Assembly: GCA_964016885.1 (NCBI GenBank) | Contig: OZ024744.1 | Coordinates: 5,270,001 to 5,334,000, forward strand | From: Eledone cirrhosa | Lineage: Eukaryota | Length of the DNA stretch: 64,000 nt | Direction: 5' to 3' | Shown: piece by piece, positions 25,001-40,000 of the stretch | How the letters are laid out: each line of letters starts with the position of its first letter | How positions within the stretch are numbered: position 1 is the stretch's first letter | Position numbers and translations under genes: made by a program | Notes under the pieces: model-generated | What the model was told of the DNA's origin: nothing | What the model saw: the letters and a program-made list of their open reading frames with translations, nothing else | Database searches by the model: none

Positions 25001-28000
25001 TGAGGTTGGTAGCAGAGGTCTATCTTGGTAGATAGTGATGTTGGTAGCAGAGGTCTATCTTGGTAGACAGTGAGGTTGGTATGAGAGGTCTATCTTGGTA
25101 GACAGTGGTGTTGGTAGCAGAGGTCTATGTTGGTAGACAGTGGTGTTGGTAGCAGAGGTCTATCTTGGTAGATAGTGAGGTTGGTAGTAGAGGTCTATGT
25201 TGGTAGACATTGGTGTTGGTAGCAGAGTTCTATCTTGGTAGACAGTGGTGTTGGTAATAGAGGTCTATCTTGGTAGACAGTGGTGTTGGTAGCAGATGTC
25301 TATCTTGGTAGATAGTGGTGTTGGTAGCAGAGGTCTATCTTGGTAGACAGTGGTGTTGGTAGCAGAGGTCTATCTTGGTAGACAGTGGTGTTGGTAGCAG
25401 AGGTTTATCTTGGTAGACAGTGGTGTTGGTAGCATATGTCTATCTTGGTAGACAGTGGTGTTGGTAGCAGAGGTCTTTCTTGGTAGACAGTGGTGTTGGT
25501 AGCAGAGGTCTATGTTGGTAGAAAGTGAGGTTGGTAGCAGAGGTCTATCTTGGTAGACAGTGGTGTTGGTAGCAGAGGTCTATCTTGGTAGACAGTGATG
25601 TTGGTAGAAGAGGTCTATGTTGGTAGAAAGTGAGGTTGGTAGCAGAGGTCTATCTTGGTAGACAGTGGTGTTGGTAGCAGAGGTTTATATTGGTAGACAG
25701 TGGTGTTGGTAGCAGAGGTTTATCTTGGTAGACATTGAGGTTGGTAGCAGAGGTCTATCTTGGTAGACAGTGGTGTTGGTAGCAGAGGTCTATGTTGGTA
25801 GACAGTGGAGTTGGTAGCAGAGGTCTATCTTGGTAGACAGTGGTGTTGGTAGCAGAGGTCTATATTGGTAGACAGTGGTGTTGGTAGCAGAGGTCTATCT
25901 TGGTAGACAGTGAGGTTGGTAGCAGAGGTCTATCTTCGTAGACAGTGAGGTTGGTAGCAGAGGTCTATCTTGGTAGACAGTGGTGTTGGTAGCAGAGGTC
26001 TATGTTGGTAGACAGTGAGGTTGGTAGCAGAGGTCTATCTTGGTAGACAGTGAAGTTGGTAGCAGAGGTCTATCTTGGTAGACAGTGAGGGTGGTAGCAG
26101 AGGTCTATCTTGGTAGACAGTGGTGTTCGTAGCAGAGGTCTATCTTGGTAGACAGTGGTGTTGGTAGCAGAGGTCTATCTTGGTAGACAGTGAGGTTGGT
26201 AGCAGAGGTCTATCTTGGTAGACAGTGGTGTTGGTAGCAGAGGTCTATCTTGGTAGACAGTGGGGTGGGTAGCAGAGGTCTATCTTGGTAGACAGTGGTG
26301 TTGGTAGCAGAGGTCTATCTTGGTAGACAGTGGTGTTGGTAGCAGAGGTCTATGTTGGTAGACAGTGGTGTTGGTAGCAGAGGTTAATCTTGGTAGACAG
26401 TGGTGTTGGTAGCAGAGGTCTATCTTGGTAGACAGTGGTGTTGGTAGCAGAGATCTATCTTGGTAGACAGTAGTGTTGGTAGCAGAGGTCTATGTTGGTA
26501 GACAGTGGTGTTTGTAGCAGAGGTCTATGTTGGTAGACAGTGGTGTTGGAAGCAGAGGTCTATCTTAGTAGACAGTGGTGTTGGTACATAGGTCTATGTT
26601 GGTAGACAGTGAGGTTGGTAGCAGAGGTCTATATTGGTAGACAGTGAGGTTGGTAGCAGAGGTCTATCTTGGTAGACAGTGAGGTTGGTAGCAGAGCTCT
26701 ATCTTGGTAGAAAGTGGTGTTGGTAGCAGAGGTCTATGTTGGTAGACAGTGGTGTTGGTAGCAGAGGTTTATCTTGGTAGACAGTGGTGTTGGTAGCAGA
26801 GGTCTATGTTGGTAGACAGTGGTGTTGGTAGCAGAGGTATATCTTGGTAGGCAGTGGTGTTGGTAGCAGAGCTCTATCTTGGTAGACAGTGGTGTTGGTA
26901 GCAGAGGTCTTTCTTGGTAGACAGTGGTGTTGCTAGCAGAGGTCTATGTTGGTAGAAAGTGAGGTTGGTAGCTGAGGTCTATGTTGGTAGACAGTGGTGT
27001 TGGTAGCAGAAGTCTATCTTGGTAGACAGTGAGGTTGGTAGCAGAGGTCTATGTTGGTAGACATTGGTGTTGGTAGCAGAGTTCTATCTTGGTAGACAGT
27101 GGTGTTGGTAGCAGAGGTCTATGTTGGTAGACAGTGGTGTTGGTAATAGAGGTCTATCTTGGTAGACAGTGGTGTTGGTAGCAGATGTCTATCTTGGTAG
27201 ACAGTGGTGTTGGTAGCAGAGATCTATCTTGGTAGACAGTGGTGTTGGTAGCAGAGGTCGATCTTGGTAGACAGTGGTGTTGGTAGCAGAGGTCGATCTT
27301 GGTAGGCAGTGGTGTTGGTAGCAGAGGTCTATCTTGGTAGACAGTGGTGTTGGTAGCAGAGGTCTATGTTGGTAGACAGTGGTGTTGGTAGCAGAGGTAT
27401 ATCTTGGTAGGCAGTGGTGTTGGTAGCAGAGCTCTATCTTGGTAGACAGTGGTGTTGGTAGCAGAGGTCTATCTTGGTAGACAGTGGTGTTGGTAGCAGA
27501 GGTCTTTCTTGGTAGACAGTGGTGTTGGTAGCAGAGGTCTATGTTGGTAGAAAGTGAGGTTGGTAGCAGAGGTCTATCTTGGTAGAAAGTGATGTTGGTA
27601 GGAGAGGTCTATCTTGGTAGACAGTGGTGTTGGTAGCAGAGGTCTATCTTGGTAGACAGTGGTGTTGGTAGCAGAGGTCTATATTGGTAGACAGTGGTGT
27701 TGGTAGCAGATGTCTATCTTGGTAGACAGTGGTGTTGGTAGCAGAGGTCTATCTTGGTAGACAGTGGTGGTGGTAGCAGAGGTCTATCTTGTTAGACAGT
27801 GTTGTTGGTAGCAGAGGTCTATCTTAGTAGACAGTGGTGTTGGTAGCAGAGGTCTATCCTGGTAGACAGTGGTGTTGGTAGCAGAGGTCTATCTTGGTAG
27901 ACAGTAGTGTTGGTAGCAGAGGTCTATCTTGGTAGACAGTGGTGTTGGTAGATGAGGTCTAACTTGGTAGACAGTGGGGTGGGTAGCAGAGGTCTATCTT

Positions 28001-31000
28001 AGTAGACAGTGGTGTTGGTAGCAGAGGTCTACCTTGGTAGACAGTGGTGTCGGTAGCAGAGCTCTATCCTGGTAGACAGTGGTGTTGGTAGCAGAGGTCT
28101 ATCTTGGTAGACAGTGAGGTTGGTAGCAGAGGTCTATGTTGGTAGACAGTGGTGTCGGTAGCAGAGCTCTATCTTGGTAGACAGTGGTGTTGGTAGCAGA
28201 GGTCTATGTTGGTAGACAGTGGTGTTTGTAGCAGAGGTCTATGTTGGTAGACAGTGGTGTTGGAAGCAGAGGTCTATCTTAGTAGACAGTGGTGTGGTAC
28301 ATAGGTCTATGTTGGTAGACAGTGAGGTTGGTAGCAGAGGTCTATATTGGTAGACAGTGAGGTTGGTAGCAGAGGTCTATCTTGGTAGACAGTGAGGTTG
28401 GTAGCAGAGCTCTATCTTGGTAGAAAGTGGTGTTGGTAGCAGAGGTCTATGTTGGTAGACAGTGGTGTTGGTAGCAGAGGTTTGTCTTGGTAGACAGTGG
28501 TGTTGGTAGCAGAGGTCTATGTTGGTAGACAGTGGTGTTGGTAGCAGAGGTATATCTTGGTAGGCAGTGGTGTTGGTAGCAGAGCTCTATCTTGGTAGAC
28601 AGTGGTGTTGGTAGCAGAGGTCTTTCTTGGTAGACAGTGGTGTTGCTAGCAGAGGTCTATGTTGGTAGAAAGTGAGGTTGGTAGCTGAGATCTATGTTGG
28701 TAGACAGTGGTGTTGGTAGCAGAAGTCTATCTTGGTAGACAGTGAGGTTGGTAGCAGAGGTCTATCTTGGTAGACAGTGGTGTTGGTAGCAGAGGTCTAT
28801 CTTTGTAGACAGTGGTGTTGGTAGCAGAAGTCTATCTTGGTAGACAGTGGTGTTGGTAGCAGAGGTCTATCTTGGTAGACAGTGGTGTTGCTAGCAGAGG
28901 TCTATCTTGGTAGACAGTGGTGTTGCTAGCAAAGGTCTATGTTGGTAGACAGTGAGGTTGGTAGCAGAGGTCTATCTTGGTAGACAGTGAGGGTGGTTGC
29001 AGAGGTCTATCTTGGTAGACAGTGGTGTTGGTAGCAGAGGTCTATCTTGGTAGACAGTGAGGTTGGTATCAGAGGTCTATCTTGGTAGACAGTGAGGTTG
29101 GTAGCAGAGGTCTATGTTGGTAGACAGTGGTGTTGGTAGCATAGGTCTATCTTGGTAGACAGTGGTGTTGGTAGCAGAGGTCTATGTTGGTAGACAGTGG
29201 TGTTGGTAGTAGAGGTCTATCTTGGTAGACAGTGGTGTTGGTAGCAGATGTCTATCTTGGTAGACAGTGGTGTTGGTAGCAGAGGTCTATCTTGGTAGAC
29301 AGTGGTGTTGGTAGCAGATATCTATCTTGGTAGACAGTGGTGTTGGTAGCAGAGGTCTATGTTGGTAGACAGTGGTGTTGGTAGCAGAGGTCTATCTTGG
29401 TAGTCAGTGGTGTTGGTAGCAGAGGTCTATCTTGGTAGACAGTGGTGTTGGTAGCAGAGGTCTATGTTGGTAGACAGTGAGGTTGGTAGCAGAGGTCTAT
29501 CTTGGTAGACAGTGGTGTTGGTAGAAGAGGTCTATCTTGGTAGACAGTGAGGTTGGTAGCAGATGTCTATCTTGGTAGACAGTGGTGTTGGTAGCAGAGA
29601 TCTATCTTGGTAGACAGTGAGGTTGGTAGCAGAGGTCTATCTTGGTAGACAGTGGTGTTGGTAGCAGAGGTCTATCTTGGTAGACAGTGGTGTTGGTAGC
29701 AGAGGTCTATGTTGGTAGACAGTGGTGTTGATAGCAGAGGTTAATCTTGGTAGACAGTGGTGTTGGTAGCAGAGGTCTATCTTGGTAGACAGTGGTGTTG
29801 GTAGCAGAGGTCTATCTTGGTAGACAGTGGTGTTGGTAGCAGAGGTCTATGTTGGTAGACAGTGGTGTTTGTAGCAGAGGACTATGTTGGTAGACAGTGG
29901 TGTTGGTAGCAGAGGTCTATCTTGGTAGACATTGAGGTTGGTAGCAGAGGTCTATCTTGGTAGACAGTGGTGTTGGTAGCAGAGATCTATGTTGGTAGAC
30001 AGTGGTGTTGGTAGCAGAGGTCTATCTTAGTAGACAGTGGTGTTGGTAGCAGAGGTCTATCTTGGTAGACAGTGAAGTTGGTAGCAGAGGTCTATCTTGG
30101 TAGACAGTGAGGTTGGTAGCAGAGGTCTATCTTGGTAGACAGTGGTGTTGGTAGCAGAGGTCTATCTTGGTAGACAGTGAGGTTGGTAACAGAGGTCTAT
30201 CTTGGTAGACAGTGGTGTTGTAGCAGAGGTCTATCTCGGTAGACAGTGAGGTTGGTAGCAGAGGTCTATGCTGGTAGACAGTGGTGTTGGTAGCAGAGGT
30301 CTATCTTGGTAGACAGTGGTGTTGGTAGCAGAGGTCTATCTTGGTAGACAGTGGTGTTGGTAGCAGAGGTCTATGTTGGTAGACAGTGAGGTTGCTAGCA
30401 GAGGTCTATCTTGGTAGACAGTGGTGTTGGTAGCAGAGGTCTTTCTTGGTAGACAGTGAGGTTGGTATCAGAGGTCTATCTTGGTAGACAGTGGTGTTGG
30501 TAGCAGAGGTCTATGTTGGTAGACAGTGGTGTTGGTAGCAGAGGTCTATCTTGGTAGATAGTGAGGTTGGTAGTAGAGGTCTATGTTGGTAGACATTGGT
30601 GTTGGTAGCAGAGTTCTATCTTGGTAGACAGTGGTGTTGGTAGCAGAGGTCTATGTTGGTAGACAGTGGTGTTGGTAATAGAGGTCTATCTTGGTAGACA
30701 GTGGTGTTGGTAGCAGATGTCTATCTTGGTAGACAGTGGTGTTGGTAGCAGAGGTCTATCTTGGTAGACAGTGGTGTTGGTAGCAGAGGTCGATCTTGGT
30801 AGACAGTGGTGTTGGTAGCAGAGGTCTATCTTGGTAGACAGTGGTGTTGGTAGCAGATGTCTATCTTGGTAGACAGTGGTGTTGGTAGCAGAGATCTATC
30901 TTGGTAGACAGTGGTGTTGGTAGCAGAGGTCGATCTTGGTAGACAGTGGTGTTGGTAGCAGAGGTCGATCTTGGTAGACAGTGGTGTTGGTAGCAGAGGT

Positions 31001-34000
31001 CTATCTTGGTAGACAGTGGTGTTGGTAGCAGAGGTCTATGTTGGTAGACAGTGGTGTTGGTAGCAGAGGTATATCTTGGTAGGCAGTGGTGTTGGTAGCA
31101 GAGCTCTATCTTGGTAGACAGTGGTGTTGGTAGCAGAGGTCTATCTTGGTAGACAGTGGTGTTGGTAGCAGAGGTCTTTCTTGGTAGACAGTGGTGTTGG
31201 TAGCAGAGGTCTATGTTGGTAGAAAGTGAGGTTGGTAGCAGAGGTCTATCTTGGTAGAAAGTGGTGTTGGTAGGAGAGGTCTATCTTGGTAGACAGTGGT
31301 GTTGGTAGCAGAGGTCTATCTTGGTAGACAGTGGTGTTGGTAGCAGAGGTCTATATTGGTAGACAGTGGTGTTGGTAGCAGATGTCTATCTTGGTAGACA
31401 GTGGTGTTGGTAGCAGAGGTCTATCTTGGTAGACAGTGGTGGTGGTAGCAGAGGTCTATCTTGTTAGACAGTGTTGTTGGTAGCAGAGGTCTATCTTAGT
31501 AGACAGTGGTGTTGGTAGCAGAGGTCTATCCTGGTAGACAGTGGTGTTGGTAGCAGAGGTTTATCTTGGTAGACAGTAGTGTTGGTAGCAGAGGTCTATC
31601 TTGGTAGACAGTGGTGTTGGTAGCTGAGGTCTAACTTGGTAGACAGTGGTGTTGGTAGCAGAGGTCTATCTTAGTAGACAGTGGTGTTGGTAGCAGAGGT
31701 CTACCTTGGTAGACAGTGGTGTCGGTAGCAGAGCTCTATCCTGGTAGACAGTGGTGTTGGTAGCAGAGGTCTATCTTGGTAGACAGTGAGGTTGGTAGCA
31801 GAGGTCTATGTTGGTAGACAGTGGTGTCGGTAGCAGAGCTCTATCTTGGTAGACAGTGGTGTTGGTAGCAGAAGTCTATCTTGGTAGACAGTGAGGTTGG
31901 GAGCAGAGGTCTATGTTGGTAGACAGTGGTGTTGGTAGCAGAGGTCTATCTTGGTAGACAGTGGTGTTGGTAGGAGAGGTTTATCTTGGTAGACAGTGGT
32001 GTTGGTAGCAGAGGTCTATGTTGGTAGACAGTGGTGTTGGTAGCAGAGCTCTATCTTGGTAGGCAGTGGTGTTGGTAGCAGAGGTCTATCTTGGTAGACA
32101 GTGGTGTTGGTAGCAGAGGTCTATCTTGGTAGACAGTGGTGTTGGTAGCAGAGGTCTATGTTAGTAGAAAGTGAGGTTGGTAGCAGAGGTCTATCTTGGT
32201 AGACAGTGAGGGTGGTAGCAGAGGTCTATCTTGGTAAACAGAGGTGTTGGTAGCAGAGGTCTATCTTGGTAGACAGTGAGGTTGGTATCAGAGGTCTATC
32301 TTGGTAGACAGTGAGGTTGGTAGCAGAGGTCTATGTTGGTAGACAGTGGTGTTGGTAGCATAGGTCTATCTTGGTAGACAGTGGTGTTGGTAGCAGAGGT
32401 CTATGTTGGTAGACAGTGGTGTTGGTAGTAGAGGTCTATCTTGGTAGACAGTGGTGTTGGTAGCAGATGTCTATCTTGGTAGACAGTGGTGTTGGTAGCA
32501 GAGGTCTATCTTGGTAGACAGTGGTGTTGGTAGCAAATATCTATCTTGGTAGACAGTGGTGTTGGTAGCAGAGGTCTATGTTGGTAGACAGTGGTATTGG
32601 TAGCAGAGGTCTATCTTGGTAGACAGTGGTGTTGGTAGCAGAGGTCTATCTTGGTAGACAGTGGTGTTGGTAGCAGAGGTCTATCTTGGTAGACAGTGGT
32701 GTTGGTAGCAGAGGTCTATCTTGGTAGACAGTGGTGTTGGTAGCAGAGGTCTATGTTGGTAGACAGTGAGGTTGGTAGCAGAGGTCTATGTTGGTAGACA
32801 GTGGTGTTGGTAGCAGAAGTCTATCTTGGTAGACAGTGGTGTTGGTAGAAGAGGTCTATGTTGGTAGACAGTGAGGTTGGTAGCAGAGGTCTATCTTGGT
32901 AGACAGTGAAGTTGGTAGCAGAGGTCTATCTTGGTAGACAGTGAGGGTGGTAGCAGAGGTCTATCTTGGTAGACAGTGGTGTTCGTAGCAGAGGTCTATC
33001 TTGGTAGACAGTGGTGTTGGTAGCAGAGATCTAACTTGGTAGACAGTGAGGTTGGTAGCAGAGGTCTATCTTGGTAGACAGTGGTGTTGGTAGCAGAGGT
33101 CTATCTTGGTAGACAGTGGGGTGGGTAGCAGAGGTCTATGTTGGTAGACAGTGGTGTTGGTAGCAGAGGTCTATGTTGGTAGACAGTGGTGTTGGTAGCA
33201 GAGGTCTATGTTGGTAGACAGTGGTGTTGGCAGCAGAGGTTAATCTTGGTAGACAGTGGTGTTGGTAGCAGAGATCTATCTTGGTAGACAGTAGTGTTGG
33301 TAGCAGAGGTCTATGTTGGTAGACAGTGGTGTTTGTAGCAGAGGTCTATGTTGGTAGACAGTGGTGTTGGAAGCAGAGGTCTATCTTAGTAGACAGTGGT
33401 GTTGGTACTGAGGTCTATGTTGGTAGACAGTGAGGTTGGTAGCAGAGGTCTATATTGGTAGACAGTGAGGTTGGTAGCAGAGGTATATCTTGGTAGACAG
33501 TGAGGTTGGTAGCAGAGCTCTATCTTGGTAGACAGTGGTGTTGGTAGCAGAGGTCTATCTTGGTAGACAGTGGTGTTGGTAGCAGAGGTCTATCTTGGTA
33601 GACAGTGGTGTTGGTAGCAGAGGTCTATGTTGGTAGACAGTGGTGTTGGTAGCAGAGGTATATCTTGGTAGGCAGTGGTGTTGGTAGCAGAGCTCTATCT
33701 TGGTAGACAGTGGTGTTGGTAGCAGAGGTCTTTCTTGGTAGACAGTGGTGTTGCTAGCAGAGGTCTATGTTGGTAGAAAGTGAGGTTGGTAGCTGAGATC
33801 TATGTTGGTAGACAGTGGTTTTGGTAGCAGAAGTCTATCTTGGTAGACAGTGAGGTTGGTAGCAGAGGTCTATCTTGGTAGACAGTGGTGTTGGTAGCAG
33901 AGGTCTATCTTGGTAGACAGTGGTGTTGGTAGCAGAGGTCTATCTTGGTAGACAGTGGTGTTGGTAGCAGAAGTCTATCTTGGTAGACAGTGGTGTTGGT

Positions 34001-37000
34001 AGCAGAGGTCTATCTTGGTAGACAGTGGTGTTGCTAGCAGAGGTCTATCTTGGTAGACAGTGGTGTTGCTAGCAAAGGTCTATGTCGGTAGACAGTGAGG
34101 TTGGTAGCAGAGGTCTATCTTGGTAGACAGTGAGGGTGGTTGCAGAGGTCTATCTTGGTAGACAGTGGTGTTGGTAGCAGAGGTCTAGCTTGGTAGACAG
34201 TGAGGTTGGTATCAGAGGTCTATCTTGGTAGACAGTGAGGTTGGTAGCAGAGGTCTATGTTGGTAGACAGTGGTGTTGGTAGCATAGGTCTATCTTGGTA
34301 GACAGTGGTGTTGGTAGCAGAGGTCTATGTTGGTAGACAGTGGTGTTGGTAGTAGAGGTCTATCTTGGTAGACAGTGGTGTTGGTAGCAGATGTCTATCT
34401 TGGTAGACAGTGGTGTTGGTAGCAGAGGTCTATCTTGGTAGACAGTGGTGTTGGTAGCAGATATCTATCTTGGTAGACAGTGGTGTTGGTAGCAGAGGTC
34501 TATGTTGGTAGACAGTGGTGTTGGTAGCAGAGGTCTATCTTGGTAGTCAGTGGTGTTGGTAGCAGAGGTCTATCTTGGTAGACAGTGGTGTTGGTAGCAG
34601 AGGTCTATGTTGGTAGACAGTGAGGTTGGTAGCAGAGGTCTATCTTGGTAGACAGTGGTGTTGGTAGCAGAGGTCTATGTTGGTAGACAGTGGTGTTGGT
34701 AGCAGAGGTCTATCTTGGTAGATAGTGAGGTTGGTAGTAGAGGTCTATGTTGGTAGACATTGGTGTTGGTAGCAGAGTTCTATCTTGGTAGACAGTGGTG
34801 TTGGTAGCAGAGGTCTATGTTGGTAGACAGTGGTGTTGGTAATAGAGGTCTATCTTGGTAGACAGTGGTGTTGGTAGCAGATGTCTATCTTGGTAGACAG
34901 TGGTGTTGGTACCAGAGGTCTATCTTGGTAGACAGTGGTGTTGGTAGGAGAGGTCTATCTTGGTAGACAGTGGTGTTGGTAGCAGAGGTCTATCTTGGTA
35001 GAAAGTGGTGTTGGTAGGAGAGGTCTATCTTGGTAGACAGTGGTGTTGGTAGCAGAGGTCTATCTTGGTAGACAGTGGTGTTGGTAGCAGAGGTCTATAT
35101 TGGTAGACAGTGGTGTTGGTAGCAGATGTCTATCTTGGTAGACAGTGGTGTTGGTAGCAGAGGTCTATCTTGGTAGACAGTGGTGGTGGTAGCAGAGGTC
35201 TATCTTGTTAGACAGTGTTGTTGGTAGCAGAGGTCTATCTTAGTAGACAGTGGTGTTGGTAGCAGAGGTCTATCCTGGTAGACAGTGGTGTTGGTAGCAG
35301 AGGTCTATCTTGGTAGACAGTAGTGTTGGTAGCAGAGGTCTATCTTGGTAGACAGTGGTGTTGGTAGCTGAGGTCTAACTTGGTAGACAGTGGTGTTGGT
35401 AGCAGAGGTCTATCTTAGTAGACAGTGGTTTGGTAGCAGAGGTCTACCTTGGTAGACAGTGGTGTCGGTAGCAGAGCTCTATCCTGGTAGACAGTGGTGT
35501 TGGTAGCAGAGGTCTATCTTGGTAGACAGTGAGGTTGGTAGCAGAGGTCTATGTTGGTAGACAGTGGTGTCGGTAGCAGAGCTCTATCTTGGTAGACAGT
35601 GGTGTTGGTAGCAGAAGTCTATCATGGTAGACAGTGAGGTTGGGAGCAGAGGTCTATGTTGGTAGACAGTGGTGTTGGTAGCAGAGGTCTATCTTGGTAG
35701 ACAGTGGTGTTGGTAGCAGAGGTTTATCTTGGTAGACAGTGGTGTTGGTAGCAGAGGTCTATGTTGGTAGACAGTGGTGTTGGTAGCAGAGGTATATCTT
35801 GGTAGGCAGTGGTGTTGGTAGCAGAGCTCTATCTTGGTAGACAGTGGTGTTGGTAGCAGAGGTCTATCTTGGTAGACAGTGGTGTTGGTAGCAGAGGTTT
35901 TTCTTGGTAGACAGTGGTGTTGGTAGCAGAGGTCTATGTTGGTAGAAAGTGAGGTTGGTAGCAGAGGTCTATCTTGGTAGACAATGAGGTTGGTAGCAGA
36001 GGTCTATGTTGGTAGACAGTGGTGTTGGTAGCATAGGTCTATCTTGGTAGACAGTGGTGTTGGTAGCAGAGGTCTATGTTGGTAGACAGTGGTGTTGGTA
36101 GTAGAGGTCTATGTTGGTAGACAGTGGTGTTGGTAGCAAAGGTCTATCTTGGTAGACAGTGGTGTTGGTAGCAGAGGTTTATCTTGGTAGACAGTGGTGT
36201 TGGTAGCAGAGGTCTATGTTGGTAGACAGTGGTGTTGGTAGCAGAGGTATATCTTGGTAGGCAGTGGTGTTGGTAGCAGAGCTCTATCTTGGTAGACAGT
36301 GGTGTTGGTAGCAGAGGTCTATCTTGGTAGACAGTGGTGTTGGTAGCAGAGGTCTTTCTTGGTAGACAGTGGTGTTGGTAGCAGAGGTCTATGTTGGTAG
36401 AAAGTGAGGTTGGTAGCAGAGGTCTATCTTGGTAGACAATGAGGTTGGTAGCAGAGGTCTATGTTGGTAGACAGTGGTGTTGGTAGCATAGGTCTATCTT
36501 GGTAGACAGTGGTGTTGGTAGCAGAGGTCTATGTTGGTAGACAGTGGTGTTGGTAGCAGAGGTTAATCTTGGTAGACAGTGGTGTTGGTAGCAGAGGTCT
36601 ATGTTGGTAGACAGTGGTGTTGATAGCAGAGGTTAATCTTGGTAGACAGTGGTGTTGGTAGCAGAGGTCTATCTTGGTAGACAGTGGTGTTGGTAGAAGA
36701 GGTCTATCTTGGTAGACAGTGGTGTTGGTAGCAGAGATCTATGTTGGTAGACAGTGGTGTTGGTAGCAGAGGTCTATCTTAGTAGACAGTGGTGTTGGTA
36801 GCAGAGGTCTATCTTGGTAGACAGTGAAGTTGGTAGCAGAGGTCTATCTTGGTAGACAGTGAGGTTGGTAGCAGAGGTCTATCTTGGTAGACAGTGGTGT
36901 TGGTAGCAGAGGTCTATCTTGGTAGACAGTGAGGTTGGTAACAGAGGTCTATCTTGGTAGACAGTGGTGTTGTAGCAGAGGTCTATCTCGGTAGACAGTG

Positions 37001-40000
37001 AAGTTGGTAGCAGAGGTCTATGCTGGTAGACAGTGGTGTTGGTAGCAGAGGTCTATCTTGGTAGACAGTGGTGTTGGTAGCAGAGGTCTATCTTGGTAGA
37101 CAGTGCTGTTGGTAGCAGAGGTCTATGTTGGTAGACAGTGAGGTTGGTAGCAGAGGTCTATCTTGGTAGATAGTGATGTTGGTAGCAGAGGTCTATCTTG
37201 GTAGACAGTGAGGTTGGTATGAGAGGTCTATCTTGGTAGACAGTGGTGTTGGTAGCAGAGGTCTATGTTGGTAGACAGTGGTGTTGGTAGCAGAGGTCTA
37301 TCTTGGTAGATAGTGAGGTTGGTAGTAGAGGTCTATGTTGGTAGACATTGGTGTTGGTAGCAGAGTTCTATCTTGGTAGACAGTGGTGTTGGTAATAGAG
37401 GTCTATCTTGGTAGACAGTGGTGTTGGTAGCAGATGTCTATCTTGGTAGATAGTGGTGTTGGTAGCAGAGGTCTATCTTGGTAGACAGTGGTGTTGGTAG
37501 CAGAGGTCTATCTTGGTAGACAGTGGTGTTGGTAGCAGAGGTTTATCTTGGTAGACAGTGGTGTTGGTAGCATATGTCTATCTTGGTAGACAGTGGTGTT
37601 GGTAGCAGAGGTCTTTCTTGGTAGACAGTGGTGTTGGTAGCAGAGGTCTATGTTGGTAGAAAGTGAGGTTGGTAGCAGAGGTCTATCTTGGTAGACAGTG
37701 GTGTTGGTAGCAGAGGTCTATCTTGGTAGACAGTGATGTTGGTAGAAGAGGTCTATGTTGGTAGAAAGTGAGGTTGGTAGCAGAGGTCTATCTTGGTAGA
37801 CAGTGGTGTTGGTAGCAGAGGTTTATATTGGTAGACAGTGGTGTTGGTAGCAGAGGTTTATCTTGGTAGACATTGAGGTTGGTAGCAGAGGTCTATCTTG
37901 GTAGACAGTGGTGTTGGTAGCAGAGGTCTATGTTGGTAGACAGTGGAGTTGGTAGCAGAGGTCTATCTTGGTAGACAGTGGTGTTGGTAGCAGAGGTCTA
38001 TATTGGTAGACAGTGGTGTTGGTAGCAGAGGTCTATCTTGGTAGACAGTGAGGTTGGTAGCAGAGGTCTATCTTCGTAGACAGTGAGGTTGGTAGCAGAG
38101 GTCTATCTTGGTAGACAGTGGTGTTGGTAGCAGAGGTCTATGTTGGTAGACAGTGAGGTTGGTAGCAGAGGTCTATCTTGGTAGACAGTGAAGTTGGTAG
38201 CAGAGGTCTATCTTGGTAGACAGTGAGGGTGGTAGCAGAGGTCTATCTTGGTAGACAGTGGTGTTCGTAGCAGAGGTCTATCTTGGTAGACAGTGGTGTT
38301 GGTAGCAGAGGTCTATCTTGGTAGACAGTGAGGTTGGTAGCAGAGGTCTATCTTGGTAGACAGTGGTGTTGGTAGCAGAGGTCTATCTTGGTAGACAGTG
38401 GGGTGGGTAGCAGAGGTCTATCTTGGTAGACAGTGGTGTTGGTAGCAGAGGTCTATCTTGGTAGACAGTGGTGTTGGTAGCAGAGGTCTATGTTGGTAGA
38501 CAGTGGTGTTGGTAGCAGAGGTTAATCTTGGTAGACAGTGGTGTTGGTAGCAGAGGTCTATCTTGGTAGACAGTGGTGTTGGTAGCAGAGATCTATCTTG
38601 GTAGACAGTAGTGTTGGTAGCAGAGGTCTATGTTGGTAGACAGTGGTGTTTGTAGCAGAGGTCTATGTTGGTAGACAGTGGTGTTGGAAGCAGAGGTCTA
38701 TCTTAGTAGACAGTGGTGTTGGTACATAGGTCTATGTTGGTAGACAGTGAGGTTGGTAGCAGAGGTCTATATTGGTAGACAGTGAGGTTGGTAGCAGAGG
38801 TCTATCTTGGTAGACAGTGAGGTTGGTAGCAGAGCTCTATCTTGGTAGAAAGTGGTGTTGGTAGCAGAGGTCTATGTTGGTAGACAGTGGTGTTGGTAGC
38901 AGAGGTTTATCTTGGTAGACAGTGGTGTTGGTAGCAGAGGTCTATGTTGGTAGACAGTGGTGTTGGTAGCAGAGGTATATCTTGGTAGGCAGTGGTGTTG
39001 GTAGCAGAGCTCTATCTTGGTAGACAGTGGTGTTGGTAGCAGAGGTCTTTCTTGGTAGACAGTGGTGTTGCTAGCAGAGGTCTATGTTGGTAGAAAGTGA
39101 GGTTGGTAGCTGAGGTCTATGTTGGTAGACAGTGGTGTTGGTAGCAGAAGTCTATCTTGGTAGCCAGTGAGGTTGGTAGCAGAGGTCTATGTTGGTAGAC
39201 ATTGGTGTTGGTAGCAGAGTTCTATCTTGGTAGACAGTGGTGTTGGTAGCAGAGGTCTATGTTGGTAGACAGTGGTGTTGGTAATAGAGGTCTATCTTGG
39301 TAGACAGTGGTGTTGGTAGCAGATGTCTATCTTGGTAGACAGTGGTGTTGGTAGCAGAGGTCTATCTTGGTAGAAAGTGGTGTTGGTAGCAGAGGTCGAT
39401 CTTGGTAGACAGTGGTGTTGGTAGCAGAGGTCTATCTTGGTAGACAGTGGTGTTGGTAGCAGATGTCTATCTTGGTAGACAGTGGTGTTGGTAGCAGAGA
39501 TCTATCTTGGTAGACAGTGGTGTTGGTAGCAGAGGTCGATCTTGGTAGACAGTGGTGTTGGTAGCAGAGGTCGATCTTGGTAGGCAGTGGTGTTGGTAGC
39601 AGAGGTCTATCTTGGTAGACAGTGGTGTTGGTAGCAGAGGTCTATGTTGGTAGACAGTGGTGTTGGTAGCAGAGGTATATCTTGGTAGGCAGTGGTGTTG
39701 GTAGCAGAGCTCTATCTTGGTAGACAGTGGTGTTGGTAGCAGAGGTCTATCTTGGTAGACAGTGGTGTTGGTAGCAGAGGTCTTTCTTGGTAGACAGTGG
39801 TGTTGGTAGCAGAGGTCTATGTTGGTAGAAAGTGAGGTTGGTAGCAGAGGTCTATCTTGGTAGAAAGTGGTGTTGGTAGGAGAGGTCTATCTTGGTAGAC
39901 AGTGGTGTTGGTAGCAGAGGTCTATCTTGGTAGACAGTGGTGTTGGTAGCAGAGGTCTATATTGGTAGACAGTGGTGTTGGTAGCAGATGTCTATCTTGG